64,000 nt of DNA from Octopus vulgaris. Taxonomy: Eukaryota. This document shows, in pieces, positions 27,695 through 41,610 of this stretch. Position 1 is the stretch's first letter, and every line of letters starts with the position of its first letter. The translations under genes were made by a program, and so were the position numbers. Where the stretch lies: assembly GCA_951406725.2 (NCBI GenBank), contig OX597818.1:122388001-122452000 (forward strand), in the 5' to 3' direction. Below the pieces are notes generated by a model. It searched no databases and had not been told where the DNA came from. It saw nothing but the letters and a program-made list of their open reading frames with translations.

Positions 27695-28582
27695 CGACAG
27701 GGCCAGGACCAAGTGATGGTGTAACGTTGGCTCCAAATGAGGCGAATAAATACATTGAGATATAGTTTCTGATGTTATGTCTAAAGTCCATTCCTCCAAT
27801 GTCGTTATACTCCACAAGTTGTTTTAAATGGTCACGATATTCTTGGAAACGTTACCATTATGGCAGCAATTATATGCTTCCTGCGGAAATCTACGTGCAT
27901 GACAGTTCGGGCATACTACGTCCATCTCACCAATCGTAAATTGAGAATTTTGTTGTTGTTTTATTATATTCTGTCTTCTTATTTGAGCTCTGTCTGTCAT
28001 AAGATAATTCTATGTCATCTTCTTCCATATTTTCCCTTCTTTCTTGAACTCTGTTTCTCACATCTTGAAGGTAATTCTGCCTTGCATCTTCGTCCACATG
28101 TAGCCTTTTTTTCTTAAATTCTGTTGCTCATATTTTCTGAGTACAGCTGCCTTTGCTCTTGACTCATGTGTTCTCGATACAGTTGATCTCTATCTCTCCT
28201 ATTTTGAAAATAAACTTCTCTTTGGTCCTGGCTCATTTGATCTATCCATTGTTTCATGTCTTTCCCTCCTATACCATAGGATACGATCCCTCTCCCCTTG
28301 GTTTATTTCGTTTCTTCTCTGTCTCAGCCTCGCGCAACTTTGATTCCTTATTTCCTCCCACTGTTCCTCGCGTAACCGTTCTCTCCTTCGCTGACGCTCT
28401 CGTGCTACGTCCCTCATGCGATTATCCATATTTTAAAACTTGTTATTAAAACAATAAATCTCCAAAACGATTCAGAGTGTTTCAATTGAAAAACATACAC
28501 GAATGTACTTGACAGCTTTTGTCTAAAAGGTGAAACTATTTCTGAAATACTCACCTAATATACAAGGACACAGTATATAGGA
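27695..28582 (-). mobile_element. Helitron 5' fragment (RepHel N-terminus remnant)
   Basis: IGEMDVVCPNCHARRFPQEAYNCCHNG and FRHNIRNY...FASFGA..GPGP; R/E-rich N-terminal ORF 28199-28429; candidate A|TC 5' end at 28582. Confidence 0.8.
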
Positions 28583-28842
28583 TACGGGAATTAATTATAT
28601 TGTAAGAAATTAAAAAGTAAAGGGAAAAAATAGAATTAATAATTTTGATTTTGTCTGGCTTTATGAATTAAATTTTTTTTAAACTAATTTCGTCAATTGC
28701 TTGACAAAAGAAAAAATAAATTGTAAAAATCCTGACCAAAACAAAGAAATTCTAACTTAATAAAAATATAGAAAGAGAAAGTTACGTTTATTTCCACCAT
28801 GTGACACTTATCGCTCGCACACACAAAGACACACATGCAGTC

Positions 28843-28883
<41 letters not shown>

Positions 28884-29186
28884 CGTGTGTGTGTATGTGT
28901 GTGTCTTTTAGTATTATTTTTTAATGCTTTCGTCCATTACTTTATACAAGAAAAAAGAAATTGGAAAAATCCTGATCAAAACAGAGAAGGTGTTACTTAA
29001 TAAAAAATATAGAAAGAGAAAGAAAAAGTTGATTTCGAAAGCCAGTAGATGATGTTTAGCTGAAGTGTAATTTAATAATTAAAACAAATTCAAAATATAA
29101 ATTTCGGAACATAAGACTTACCATGTTATCTGGTGTATGCCTGAATTCAAATGGGTAGAAAACCTAAATGAAATATGTGTGTGTGT

Positions 29187-29256
<70 letters not shown>

Positions 29257-29671
29257 GTGGTTGGGCATTTAATAGCTAGGAGGTCAATTTCAGTTCAATC
29301 GTAGAAAGGAATTCAAATAATCAGCCACTGCGAAAAGACAGTTTCATGCTGTCATCTCTTTCTTTCTCTTTCACTCTCTCTCTCTTTCTCTCTCACTTCC
29401 TCTCTCCCTTGCTCGACACACGCGTCAAATTTAAGTATCATAATTTTTTCATTGAGATTGTTGCGGTGGCCCAGTAGGTATGGGTGTTGAGCAGGAGTAA
29501 TACAACACACAGGTGGTAGTTTCAAATCTCTTTCAGAAATTACAAGAGTTCTAGTTAAAAAATCTTATTTAGGCAACAAATTTTCTTTCAACAATTTCTT
29601 CCTCTTAAGCGTGACACACACGTCAGGTAGGTCCAAAAAAAACAAATTGGCGTATTAATATTATTGATTAT

Positions 29672-30144
<473 letters not shown>

Positions 30145-30226
30145 GTTATCATCATTATTATTATTATAATTATTATTATTATCATCATCATCATCATTAT
30201 TATTACTATTATTATGATTATTATTA

Positions 30227-30257
<31 letters not shown>

Positions 30258-30287
30258 TATTACTATTATTATTATTATTATTATTAC

Positions 30288-32003
30288 TTTTTTTTTTCTT
30301 TTTTCAAATTTTCTTCCATTTCTTGCCGAGTGTCTTCCCGACTCCTAGGGCAAAGAAACTCATAGTGTATATTGGTAGGCCATTAAACCAAACTCAGTAG
30401 TTCGTTCATTTTTTTTTTTTTTTTTTTTAAAGTTAAATTAAAATACATGAGCAGCAACAGTTCTCACATCGACAATGCTCTTCTCAATACGTGTGATGTA
30501 CCAGTTAAGACAATCTTTTGCACTTCTTGCAGGGATGGTAAGCCAGGGATCATTCTCATATAATTTTCGGTTCCCTTCTTGATCATTCCTAGTGCTCCTA
30601 CGATCACTGGTATTGTAACCGCCTTGAGATGCCACATTTTCTCAATTTCAATGAGTAGGTCTTTATATTTTCTGAGCTTGTCAAACTCTTTCGCTGAGAT
30701 ATTATGATCACAGGGGATGCTCATGTCGATCAATAAGCAAACTTTATTGTTTTGGTCTTTCACAACAATATCTGGTTTATTGGCCTTGATGGTTCGGTCT
30801 GTATGTACTGGAAAGTCCCACAGAATGGTTACATTTTCTCCTTCAGTTACAGCCTCAGGGTGGTGATTATACCACTTGTCGGCAGTTTTGATATTGTAAT
30901 GCCGACTTATTAGCCAGTGGAGATATTGGCCAACTCTGTCGTGTCTTAATTTATACTCCACTGGTGCTAAGACTTTACATCCAGAGATTAGGTGGTCCAC
31001 TGTTTCAATCATGTCGTTGCAGAATCGGCATTTTGGCTCTGCTCCATTTTTCATCACATTGGCCTGGTAGTTCCGGGTTAATAGGCTTTGGTCTTGAGCA
31101 GCCAGGATGAAACCTTCGCTCTCTGCTTTTAGCCCTGAGCTCCGCAGCCACTGATGGGTTTGCTTCTGGTCAACATCAGCTTGTTTGCTGCGGGTCACAT
31201 ATTTGCCGAGCAGAGGTTTCTCCTCCCACCTATCAGCCAATTGCTCGTGCGCTTTTTTCATTGCCATCATTTTCACCTTCTTTGCAACAATAGTTGCCGT
31301 ACTTCCCTCGGGTTGTTCAGTTTGGGTATCCTGCACGAGATCAATAGCAAATTTTTTGCTTTCCTTGATGATAGAATGAAGCTTCTTTCGTCTCTCGTGA
31401 TTTTCCACGAGCTTTAGCATCCAGTCATTCGATATTTCGAGATATTTGGCCAGTCCAATTGTGGTTGTTTTGTAAGCTAGTTCAAATTGGATCAGGCCTC
31501 GACCTCCTTGGGCTCTGGGAAGGTAAAGGCGATCTACGTCTGCCTTTGGGTGGTGCATCCTATTACAACTCAGCAACTTGCGTATTTTTCTGTCTATATT
31601 CTTTACTTCACTCATATTCCACACATTGTAGCTATAAGTAACAACTGGAACTGCTAAGGAATTTATAGCTAACACCTTGTTACGTGCATTTAGTTCAGAT
31701 TTCAGGACTGCACGAACTCTCCTATAACATTCCTTCCTGATTTTTTCTTTCATGCTTGCATGCTGAATACCAGAGCCTTCATTTATCCCTAAATATTTGT
31801 ATGTCTGTTCTTGCTCAAGCTCTCTTATGACTGTGTCAACATCTAACACGACTGAATTTGTGGTCTTCACTTTCCCTTTCTGGAAAGTGGCCTTGGCACA
31901 CTTCTCAAGTCCAAACTCCATCCCGATGTCATCGCTGAATGCTTTCACGGTGCGCAATAGGCCTTCAAGTTCATTATTGTCTTTACCATAAAGTTTTAAA
32001 TCA

Positions 32004-32004
<1 letters not shown>
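30288..32004 (-). mobile_element. 5'-truncated R4/Dong-type non-LTR retrotransposon inserted in (TAA)n
   Basis: Open frame plus 3' UTR with TTA arrays on both sides; truncated at the RT YxDD motif (DLKLY). Confidence 0.92.
30464..32002 (-). CDS. Partial RT C-terminus, CCHC knuckle and restriction-like endonuclease (no true start codon)
   Basis: DIGMEFGLEKC, YKYLG, GGRGL, CRFC..ETVDHLISGC, RHD, KPDIVV..LIDMSIP..K..KY; frame open upstream of the 497-aa ORF to the truncation point. Confidence 0.9.
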   Translation of the reverse strand, partial: DLKLYGKDNNELEGLLRTVKAFSDDIGMEFGLEKCAKATFQKGKVKTTNSVVLDVDTVIRELEQEQTYKYLGINEGSGIQHASMKEKIRKECYRRVRAVLKSELNARNKVLAINSLAVPVVTYSYNVWNMSEVKNIDRKIRKLLSCNRMHHPKADVDRLYLPRAQGGRGLIQFELAYKTTTIGLAKYLEISNDWMLKLVENHERRKKLHSIIKESKKFAIDLVQDTQTEQPEGSTATIVAKKVKMMAMKKAHEQLADRWEEKPLLGKYVTRSKQADVDQKQTHQWLRSSGLKAESEGFILAAQDQSLLTRNYQANVMKNGAEPKCRFCNDMIETVDHLISGCKVLAPVEYKLRHDRVGQYLHWLISRHYNIKTADKWYNHHPEAVTEGENVTILWDFPVHTDRTIKANKPDIVVKDQNNKVCLLIDMSIPCDHNISAKEFDKLRKYKDLLIEIEKMWHLKAVTIPVIVGALGMIKKGTENYMRMIPGLPSLQEVQKIVLTGTSHVLRRALSM

Positions 32005-32039
<35 letters not shown>

Positions 32040-32044
32040 CATCA

Positions 32045-32090
<46 letters not shown>

Positions 32091-32110
32091 CATTATTATT
32101 ATTGTTATCA

Positions 32111-32144
<34 letters not shown>

Positions 32145-32164
32145 CATCATCATCATTATTATTA

Positions 32165-32680
32165 TGGTTTGGCTCAGGTGCGGTTTCATTCCTGGTAGGA
32201 AATATGTGGATAGCGGTTTACTACCTACAACCTTAGGTATCCACAAGATTTCAGCTGTCTTTCAAGTGCTTAGAATGCTCCTGATAATCCTCACTGTCCC
32301 TAAGAGATATAGATTTCTGTAGATTTCTGAATACGGAGTATTCGATTATTTGGCTCACTTCTCAGCCAGCATTCTATTACTATTTTGTTTACATTTCTTT
32401 CCGAATTAATTATTTTTCTTTTGCACTTTTGAGTGCAAGTTTTGTCCTGATCAATCGCTTGAGGACGACCTGCCTCAGCTTGATCGGATACACCCTGCCT
32501 GCTGTGCGCAACACCGTTACTGTTAACTGTTCCAATCCCGTTAATGCAGTTGTGGCTATTGTTTAATTTTGACATCGCCCATTGAAAAGCAGCATTTGTA
32601 AGGGTGAGCAATTACCAGTATTTTATATCGTGACATCATCACTTGCCCAAGCTGCCAGGCAGCTACCCTTGCGCCTATTT
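32165..32680 (-). mobile_element. Internally deleted Dong-like derivative (5' UTR and N-terminus fused to C-terminus and 3' UTR)
   Basis: NKIVIECWLRSEP (N-terminal motif) joined near 32335 to LQK..LLGTVRIIRSIL*, then 3' UTR and (TAA)n. Confidence 0.7.
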
Positions 32681-32763
32681 GGTAACTTCAAACGAAGTTA
32701 CATGAAAGTTATGTTTAAACGTGTCCAGAACTAGATGTAAGAAAACCTCTGGGCAGTTAACAT

Positions 32764-32835
<72 letters not shown>

Positions 32836-32998
32836 TTATTTATATATATGAACATATAGTAACGCATATTTGCCATTTCAATATGGCTACCCCTATATAT
32901 GTATATATATTTACATATATATACATATATAAATACATATACGTATACATACAAACATATAAACATATTTATATACATACATACATACATATATACAT

Positions 32999-33039
<41 letters not shown>

Positions 33040-33127
33040 ATGTTAACTGTCCAGGGATTTTCTTATATTTCGTTCTGGACAAGTATAAACAGAAAATTCA
33101 TGTAACTTCGTTTGAAGTTATCGAATC
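32676..33127. repeat. Inverted repeat (arms of about 95 bp) around a TA-rich microsatellite
   Basis: taacttcaaacgaagttacatgaa..cagttaacatcaa vs ttgatgttaactg..ttcatgtaacttcgtttgaagtta. Confidence 0.9.
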
Positions 33128-33144
33128 CAATAATAATAATAATG

Positions 33145-33196
<52 letters not shown>

Positions 33197-33248
33197 GAAC
33201 AACAACAAAAACAACAATAATAATAATCATCATCAACATAATAATAAT

Positions 33249-33376
<128 letters not shown>

Positions 33377-33741
33377 TCAATAGTACATACGTAGTAGTTA
33401 TAAAAAAATTGGAGTTAGATATCAACATCAAAAATAAGATAAACGACAACAAAAACAAAAGTAGTTGCAGGAAGAACTCTGTCATGTGAAGCAAAGACGC
33501 GCGTAAAATCGGCAGATGTAGCATATCATGAATTGCCGTGATACTCATAAAGCGAATAACGATGATAATAATAATAATAACTGATCCAACAGATGTGATA
33601 ACAGCAAAAAATACTTCTTTAGTCAAGATCGTTGACGTTTTTAATAACCATGAACATTTGAAAGACAGAGAGAGATGCATATCAACAGAGTAAAAAAAAA
33701 AATAAGCCTACGATTAATATACCGCAATATTTTTGAAACCA

Positions 33742-33940
33742 AGACGAGCTGGCACAAACGTTAGCACGCCAGGCGAAAATTTTTAGCGTTATTTCGCATA
33801 TCTTTAGGTTTTGAGTTCAAATTCCGTCGAGGTCAACTTTGCCTTTCAACATTTCGAGGTCGATAAATTAAGTACTAGTTGCGTAATGGGGTCTAGCTAA
33901 TCGACTGGCTCCCTCCCCCTAAATTTCGGGCCTTGTTCCT
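33742..33940 (+). mobile_element. SINE family C, alternative tail
   Basis: Matches 27493-27690. Confidence 0.8.
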
Positions 33941-34039
33941 CAAAAAAAAAAGAAAGAAAACAAATAGTGGGTAAACATTTCTGCTTAGTTAACTATCGAC
34001 TAGTAAAAAGACACAATTTAGACCGTATGCGCTTTATAG

Positions 34040-34375
34040 TGTGAAGGCGCATAGCTCAGTGGTTAGAACGTCATGCTTACGATCATGAGGTTGTGAGTTC
34101 AGATTCCGGACCGGGCTGCGTGTTGTGTTCTTGAGCATGACATTTTATTTCACGTTGCTGCAGTTCACGCAGCTGTAGAATTGAGTTTCGACGTCACAGA
34201 TGCCAAGCTGTGTTGGCCTTTGCCTTTCTCTTGGATAACATCGTTAGCGTGGAGAGGGGAGGCTGGTATGTATGGGCGACTGCTGGTCTTCCATAAACAA
34301 CCTTGCCCAGACTTGTGCCTGGGAGGATAACTTTCTAGGCGCAATTACATGGTCAATCGTGACCGAAGGGAGTCT
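34040..34375 (+). mobile_element. SINE family A
   Basis: Collinear with 13085-13429. Confidence 0.88.
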
Positions 34376-34404
34376 CCGATATATATGTATATTTTTCTGT
34401 TATT

Positions 34405-34738
34405 CTTTTACTTGTTTCATTCATTTGACTGCGGCCATGTTGGAGCAAATCGACCCCAGAATTTATTCTTAGTAAGCCTAGTACTTTTTCTATCGTTCTC
34501 TATTGCCGAACCGCTAAGTTACAGGGGACGTAAACACACCAGCATCGGTTGCCAAGCGACGTTGGGGAGAAAAACACAAACACTCCATACATATATACGG
34601 ATATATATATATATATATATATATACACGACAGACCTCTTTCAGTTTCCGTCTACCAAATCCACTCACAACGCTTTGGTCTGCCCGTGGCTATGGTAGAA
34701 AACACTTCCTCAATGTGCCTCGCAGTGGGACTGAACTC
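34405..34738 (-). mobile_element. SINE family D, 5'-truncated
   Basis: Reverse complement of part of 11851-12247. Confidence 0.82.
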
Positions 34739-34848
34739 ACAAATGATGGGGGCTAATAGGAAGATTAAAAACGCAGCATCAGAAGGACAGCTTTTTACCC
34801 AGAGAAATTCGGTAACTGCCTATATATATATATATATATATATATATC

Positions 34849-35256
34849 TTTTCTCTTTTCTCTTTTCTCTTTTACTTATTTCAGTCATTTGACTGCGGCC
34901 ATGCTGGAGCACCGCCTTTAATCGAGCAACTCGACCCCGGGACTTATTCTTTTGTAAGCCCAGTACTTATTCTATCGGTCTCTTCTGCTGAACCGCCAAG
35001 TAACGGGGACATAAACACACCAGCATCGGTTGTCAAGCAATGCTAGGCGGACAAACACAGACACACACACGCATACATATATATATATATACATATATAC
35101 GACGGGCTACTTTCAGTTTCCGTCTACCAAATCCACTCACAAGGCTTTGGTTGGCCTGAGGCTATAGTAGAAGACACTTGCCCAAGGTGCCGCGAAGTGG
35201 GACTTAACCCGAAACCATGTGGTTGGTAAACAAGCTACTTACCACACAGCCATTCC
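34849..35256 (-). mobile_element. SINE family D
   Basis: Reverse complement of 11851-12247. Confidence 0.88.
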
Positions 35257-35687
35257 TTAAATATAAAGAGACTAACATTTGCTTTCTTTATAAATGTCGG
35301 AATGTGTATTGTACAATACAAATAAGATAATTGTATTTCCGAACGGAGATTTGCCGTTAGAACAGCAGAAATTAAAGTTTAGGTTTCAAATTTAAAATTT
35401 ATCGTACAAACTGCATTTTGGCTATATCCCGAGTCGTGTGCCAGCAGAGCACTTTTCACCTTTTATGACACCCTAGCGTCAGTAAATGCACATTCGTTGC
35501 TGAATCTACGTTAGGAATTCCTCGGTGCATGTTGAGTATATCCTACATAATTGATACGGAAGAAAGAGTATGCCGTAAACATTATCAGAACGATTGTTTC
35601 GGCATAATTCTGCAGTGCTCCCTAGGAGTTTAGGAACGATATAATGAATTCTGGTGTACCGCAGAGTGAAGAAAAAATTAAGGAGGA

Positions 35688-35721
35688 TTTAACTTTTCGA
35701 GCGGAGCTCTTCGTCAGAAAC
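35688..35721 (-). ncRNA. Minimal hammerhead ribozyme motif, one stem III mismatch
   Basis: ttt CTGACGA A GAGC tcc GCTC GAAA a GT T aaa; same family as the 18523 motif. Confidence 0.6.
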
Positions 35722-35902
35722 ATAGAAAAAGGAAAGGTCCAAGGAAGGGAAGAAGAAAGAAAATCGCCGACGATACACAAGCGGTCAAATATTGAATATA
35801 TATATATATAGCGCACTATATTTGTGCAGATATAAGAAGAAAAACGTTTACAGACATAAAAGAGAAGTAATACTTTTAGTCTATACTTTGGCCACATAAT
35901 TA

Positions 35903-36295
35903 TCTTTATATATAAAAGAAAGGTTGTGTGTCTGTCTACTCCGATTTAAATTCCTAACTACTCCCACATTTTGAAATGCAGTTTAACCAAAACCAGGTAT
36001 CTTATAGTCGTGATTCATATCGAGCCCTTCTGGGTATTAGCGCGCATCTACGATGAGTCTACGATTTTAAAAATAATTTACCATCATTTTTTACATTTTA
36101 ATGCATATTTTTTTAAACAAAGGGAAGTAACTCTCTAAAAATGTCTACGATGAATCAACGATTAAAAAAAAAATTTACCATAATTTTTTTCCCATTTTTA
36201 ATGCATTTTTTTGCTCTTTTTTGGCTATAACTCTCTAAAAATGCTTTATAGTTATTTCCCTTACAAACCCGAGCAACGCCGGGCGATACTGCTAG
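35903..36295 (+). mobile_element. Complete non-autonomous Helitron
   Basis: A|TC 5' end, 3' hairpin cccgagcaacgccggg followed by CTAG|T; internal tandem duplication of about 97 bp. Confidence 0.88.
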
Positions 36296-36695
36296 TCTTT
36301 CATAAAAGACATGACATGTTCGTGCCAAAAAAAGACCTCATTTGAGGTTTTGTTAATTTTGATTTTTTAATTTCCATTGATTAATTTTATACTTAACAAT
36401 TTATTTACTTGATATATTTTCCTGATATGTGTCTATTTGAATTTGCTAGCAGCCCTTTTCTAAAGGAATATTAAAGATAGAATATGGGTATAAAAGACTG
36501 CGATTCTATAACTGAACCAGCAGTTCTCTCAAATCTACTTACCTGATGACGTGTTAGTACAAAACTATTGCAGGATCTTAATTATGTAATATGTTTATTA
36601 TAATATATGGGTACCTCAGCAGCTAACGTACAGAAACAATTGTTCCGATTTGGATTAAAGCCCGTTCAGTCCATCTTGTATTATAATGTCTTGCA

Positions 36696-36742
<47 letters not shown>

Positions 36743-36920
36743 TACTTACACGTTTATATAGGAAAGATGAAACGCCTTTCAACTGTAAAAATGTTTTAAC
36801 ACATCAATATTTCTTATTAAATATCTTTCATATAGAAATGTTTGAATGGAATGTAACCAAAAGCAGTTCTCACTTATTCATAATTAGCTCTGTGCTATAT
36901 TAGCGGCTCGATATACATAT

Positions 36921-36963
<43 letters not shown>

Positions 36964-36991
36964 GAAATATGTTACAAAAAGAAAATAGAAT

Positions 36992-37023
<32 letters not shown>

Positions 37024-37579
37024 ACACCTATGCACGTTTATATATACATGTGTGTACAAGTGTGTGTGTGTGTATCCACGCTTGTATATATACATTTATG
37101 GCTAATTATGAATATATGGAAGCTAACTTCATTTGCTTACACTTCCTATCGATTTTTCACAGTCTTCCACGATTCTTCGTTTGCATGTTTTTTATGCAGT
37201 GTATTTACTTTAACAATCTATCTGCTGATTGGCATTTCATATTTTCGGCATTAATTAATTAGTGACTGTGCTTTTGCAATTACCAGTCCAACAACGATAT
37301 CTCAACATCGAAAAAGTAACGCAGTGGGAAGACATTTTGTGTAAACAATGTATCATGAAAATTAAAACACGCACTGCATCCAACATGTGCTTCAATGTAC
37401 ACACACACACACACACACATGAGAACAACACACACACACACACATGAGAACACATACACATACACACACATATATTTTTATGTATATATGTGGGTATATT
37501 CACGTAATTATGTATAAAACTGTATATATATGTACATGCATAAACACACATTTATATATACACATACATATAGATAAAC

Positions 37580-37626
<47 letters not shown>

Positions 37627-37712
37627 TATATATATGCATATATATACTTATTTACATACATATATGTATGTATGTATGTATGTATATATCTTTCTATGTA
37701 TCTCTCTCTCGC

Positions 37713-37805
<93 letters not shown>

Positions 37806-38656
37806 ACATATATGGGGTTACTCGTCGTTTTCGACGAAGATGATCCAGTTTGTTGAAATGAATTAGCTACCCATTGGTAGTTAATCCATTTAAAATTTAA
37901 ATATGTGTCTAGGTAACCATACCATTGACACGTGTTCTGTTACCCTATTATTTATGCGGAGTTTATGTGGCAAAATGTGTTTATCTTGTGCTTTGATGCT
38001 GACAAAAGGGTTTGGGTAGGTGCAAAGATTGTTGGTCTGTATATTTCTCTCTAAGTGTTCACTGTACTATAAGCAATTTGAATATTATGTAGAAGTTTTA
38101 ATCCTAGTGTTCTATGGAGGCTACAACAACAACAAGTAAAGAAGCTGACTTCTTGATAGTCAAAGCAAAGAGTTAAATCCAATAAAATCCAAAATAGCTA
38201 AAACTATTTTCTTATCCTATAGCCACCTACTAAAAGAAAACAGCTAAATATGCACACCTGCTTAGAAAGTTCTACACACCTGACAAAATAGTAAACAATA
38301 ACATGGAACAAAATTTAATCAATCAAAATATCTCCAAAACATTTCTGCATAACAACTCACCGTAAAAGCTAATTATTCCACTCAAACTCATATACTCAAC
38401 AGAGACTATATCAAGCCGAGATTAAATTCAATGTATCGCAGTTCGACGACGGTTAAACTGCCCGAAAGGTCGAAGTCATTATCAATAACATTCTTGCTTA
38501 AGAATAATAATTTTGTACTCTACAAAATTATAGAGTAACCCATTGCATTAATGGAAAATTGTTTTATAACTGAACATAAAAACTGTGTGTATGTGAGAGG
38601 TTCATCTGTTAATGTGTCCGACCATTCATCCATCCCTCCATCTATCTATCTGTCTG

Positions 38657-38733
<77 letters not shown>

Positions 38734-40216
38734 ATACCACTTTGTAATGTAGTAGTGGGCTAATATGCACGAGTTACTATACGAAATTGCCTCAGTATTC
38801 GATTCGCGTTAAACTACATATTCCTATAATGCATTGTGTAGCGCTGTATAGATTTTAATTCAAGCAATACCGTAATAAAAGGAGCTTCACATCGTTGAAA
38901 TATTAACGCTAAACAAGTGTTGCAATATTACAATTGTTTCAATTATCTTACCTTTTAGTCTCTGCAGATGATGATATCGAAATATAAAAAGAAATGGTAA
39001 ATAATGTCACATTTAGAATTAAGCTCAAAGAAAATACAAATAATGTCAGAACTGACAAATAGTTATATAAACAGCTATAGAATAGAGATTAGAACTAAAG
39101 CAAACGTAAAGGAGATAAGATAAAGTTTATAGAGAAACATAATACTGAAAGGGAAAAAATTTTAATGCTGAAATTAAATAAAATACTGTAATAAAGTAAG
39201 AATAAACAGAAATAAATGTAAACAAATAAGAGACCTGGCAAACACTATTTTAGAAGATTATGCCCCAATCGAGCGAAAAGGAATAAAAAAAAAAGCCATC
39301 AAATTATAGATACGGAATAAAAGGAAGAAACAGAATGAATGGAATATGAAATAATAAAAAGAAAGATAAGCAAAAATAATATAAAACTTCTATAGAACTT
39401 CAAAAGTTAAAAACTAAGAATTAAAATAAAGTAAAATTAAATGAAAATAATGAAATAGGATAAAGTATAAAGAATAAGAATGAAGGAATAAATATGACAA
39501 AATAATAATGAAGTTAATAATAAAACAAATTAACAAAATAAAATATATCTTAACGGTTGTTGACGGGACATGAGAATACAGTATTTGGTATAAGATGGAA
39601 GGTCAATAGCAAAACAATCCAATCAACTAGACGCAGCCATCTTAGATTGATAAGGGCACACTAAGTAGGTATCAATATTTTACTAGGAAGTTTCCAGTGA
39701 TGTTCTGATACACCTTAAATGTTCTTATTGTCATATAGTCGATATATGTAGCAATGGCGAACGTACGTATACATGAGAAGAAACCATTCTACGAAACTCT
39801 AATATTAGTATCAACACTCGGTTATATGGAAGAAAATACCGTTAACAATAATAATGAAATATTTAAGTATTTGTTTTGCAAGATTCCTGCTGTAAAATCG
39901 TGTTTTGAAGCAGATATTTTTATATTTCTGGATGATCTTTTTCCTTGCAAATAATGGACTAAAGAAAACAGGAGAACGCATCATGGGAAGTTGTTGAAGT
40001 GATCAGAGGAGGTATGACGAAAGATTTACAAACAAGGGACATAAAATAAGAACAATAATAAAGCTGAAGTGAAGAACGAATAAATAGTCCGTGTGTTTAT
40101 GTTGCTAAAAAGCAAAAAAAAAGAAAAAGAACAAAAAACAAACACAATAAAAAAATCAATGACCATCCCGAAATATAATAATATTAATAATGATGATGAT
40201 GATGATGATGATGATG

Positions 40217-40280
<64 letters not shown>

Positions 40281-40487
40281 TTAATTTGTTTATTGGCTAC
40301 AAGGGCTAACAAAAATCAATTAAAACATAAAGGGACAAAACACAGGACGAAAGTTACAAAGGGTTTTGTCTGTTTGAAAAAAGTTCGTGTACAAAAGCAA
40401 GATAACAACGAAATATAAGGAACAATTAAAACTCCCAATAGGGGGAGGATAATAATAACCGTACTTCCTATTCTCCATCTCATTTTT

Positions 40488-40882
40488 TCAGCCAGACATA
40501 GTCTTAATTGAGAAAGAAAAGAAACTATGCTGGATCATAGATGTAGCATGCCCAGCTGACAAGTTGTTATGAGATAAGGAAGAAAGAAAAGTCGATAGAT
40601 ATTACAGGTTAGCTTGGGAGGTTAAGCAGTTGTGGTCGATGAAAAAGGTGGTAGTAGTACCAATAATTGTTGGAACTCTGAGAACAGTGAGTAAAAATCT
40701 TGAGAAGTAAATGGAACAAATAGGGGCTGCAATAGAGTGGAGCAGTTGCAGAAAACAGTACTGCTTTGAGCCGCTCGAATACCCCGAAAGGTGCTCGAAA
40801 AATAAGAGGTGTTACCTTAGTTCACTGGTAGTGAACAGCTGACACTGTAGTAGATCTCCAGCGTTAGAAGCTGTGCAAAGGC
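40488..40882 (+). mobile_element. R4/Dong-type LINE 3' fragment
   Basis: PDIVLIEK..CWIIDVACP..K.DRY..L.WEVKQLW...VVVPIIVG; ends at (AAT)n. Confidence 0.85.
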
Positions 40883-40897
40883 AATAATAATAATAAA

Positions 40898-41390
40898 CGC
40901 ATATTGTTTTGTCTTGGTATAAAAGATGGGCTACAGCAAATATTCTGCTAAATACCACAGTTTGTTTGTCACTTGCCTGACCTTAACCAGTTGAGCATTT
41001 CCCGTGGTAGCTAACTATATGTGCATCTCTGATCACGAGCAGAAGTAGTGGGGGAGCATCATAGCCATGTGTTGAGAAGAATTCTTTGGGGTCTGGATAA
41101 TTCACCTTTGGAAACATGGGTGCTTCATTGAACATCGTTAAATAAGCCTTATTCAGAGACCTTTTCAGCAAGATGGGCTACTCAATCTCAAGAAAATTCT
41201 AATTGGGCCCTACCTACAAGGTCATGCACTGTTTATCTTGATTCTGATATAAGGTCACCATGTCGCGCACATACGATTGTGATGCATGTGTCTGGTGTAC
41301 CCTTATCAGACGAGTAGTCATGATGGGTAAACTGAGCTTCGTATATTTTACCCCATTGTCACTTTGATGGCATGAACTGCTCTCTCACTC
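40898..41390 (+). mobile_element. Family E copy 3, slightly truncated
   Basis: Reverse complement of 25797-26351; ends ctctctcactc(AAT)n. Confidence 0.85.
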
Positions 41391-41455
<65 letters not shown>

Positions 41456-41543
41456 TAATAATAATACTGATGACGAAGATGATGATGATGATGATGATAA
41501 AAATAACAACAACAACAACAACAACAACAACAAAAACAACAAC

Positions 41544-41596
<53 letters not shown>

Positions 41597-41610
41597 TGAT
41601 GATGGTGATG

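Noticed and set aside
36540-36575. CTGATGA ... AAAAC hammerhead-like motif
   Set aside because: G12 missing and stems unconvincing
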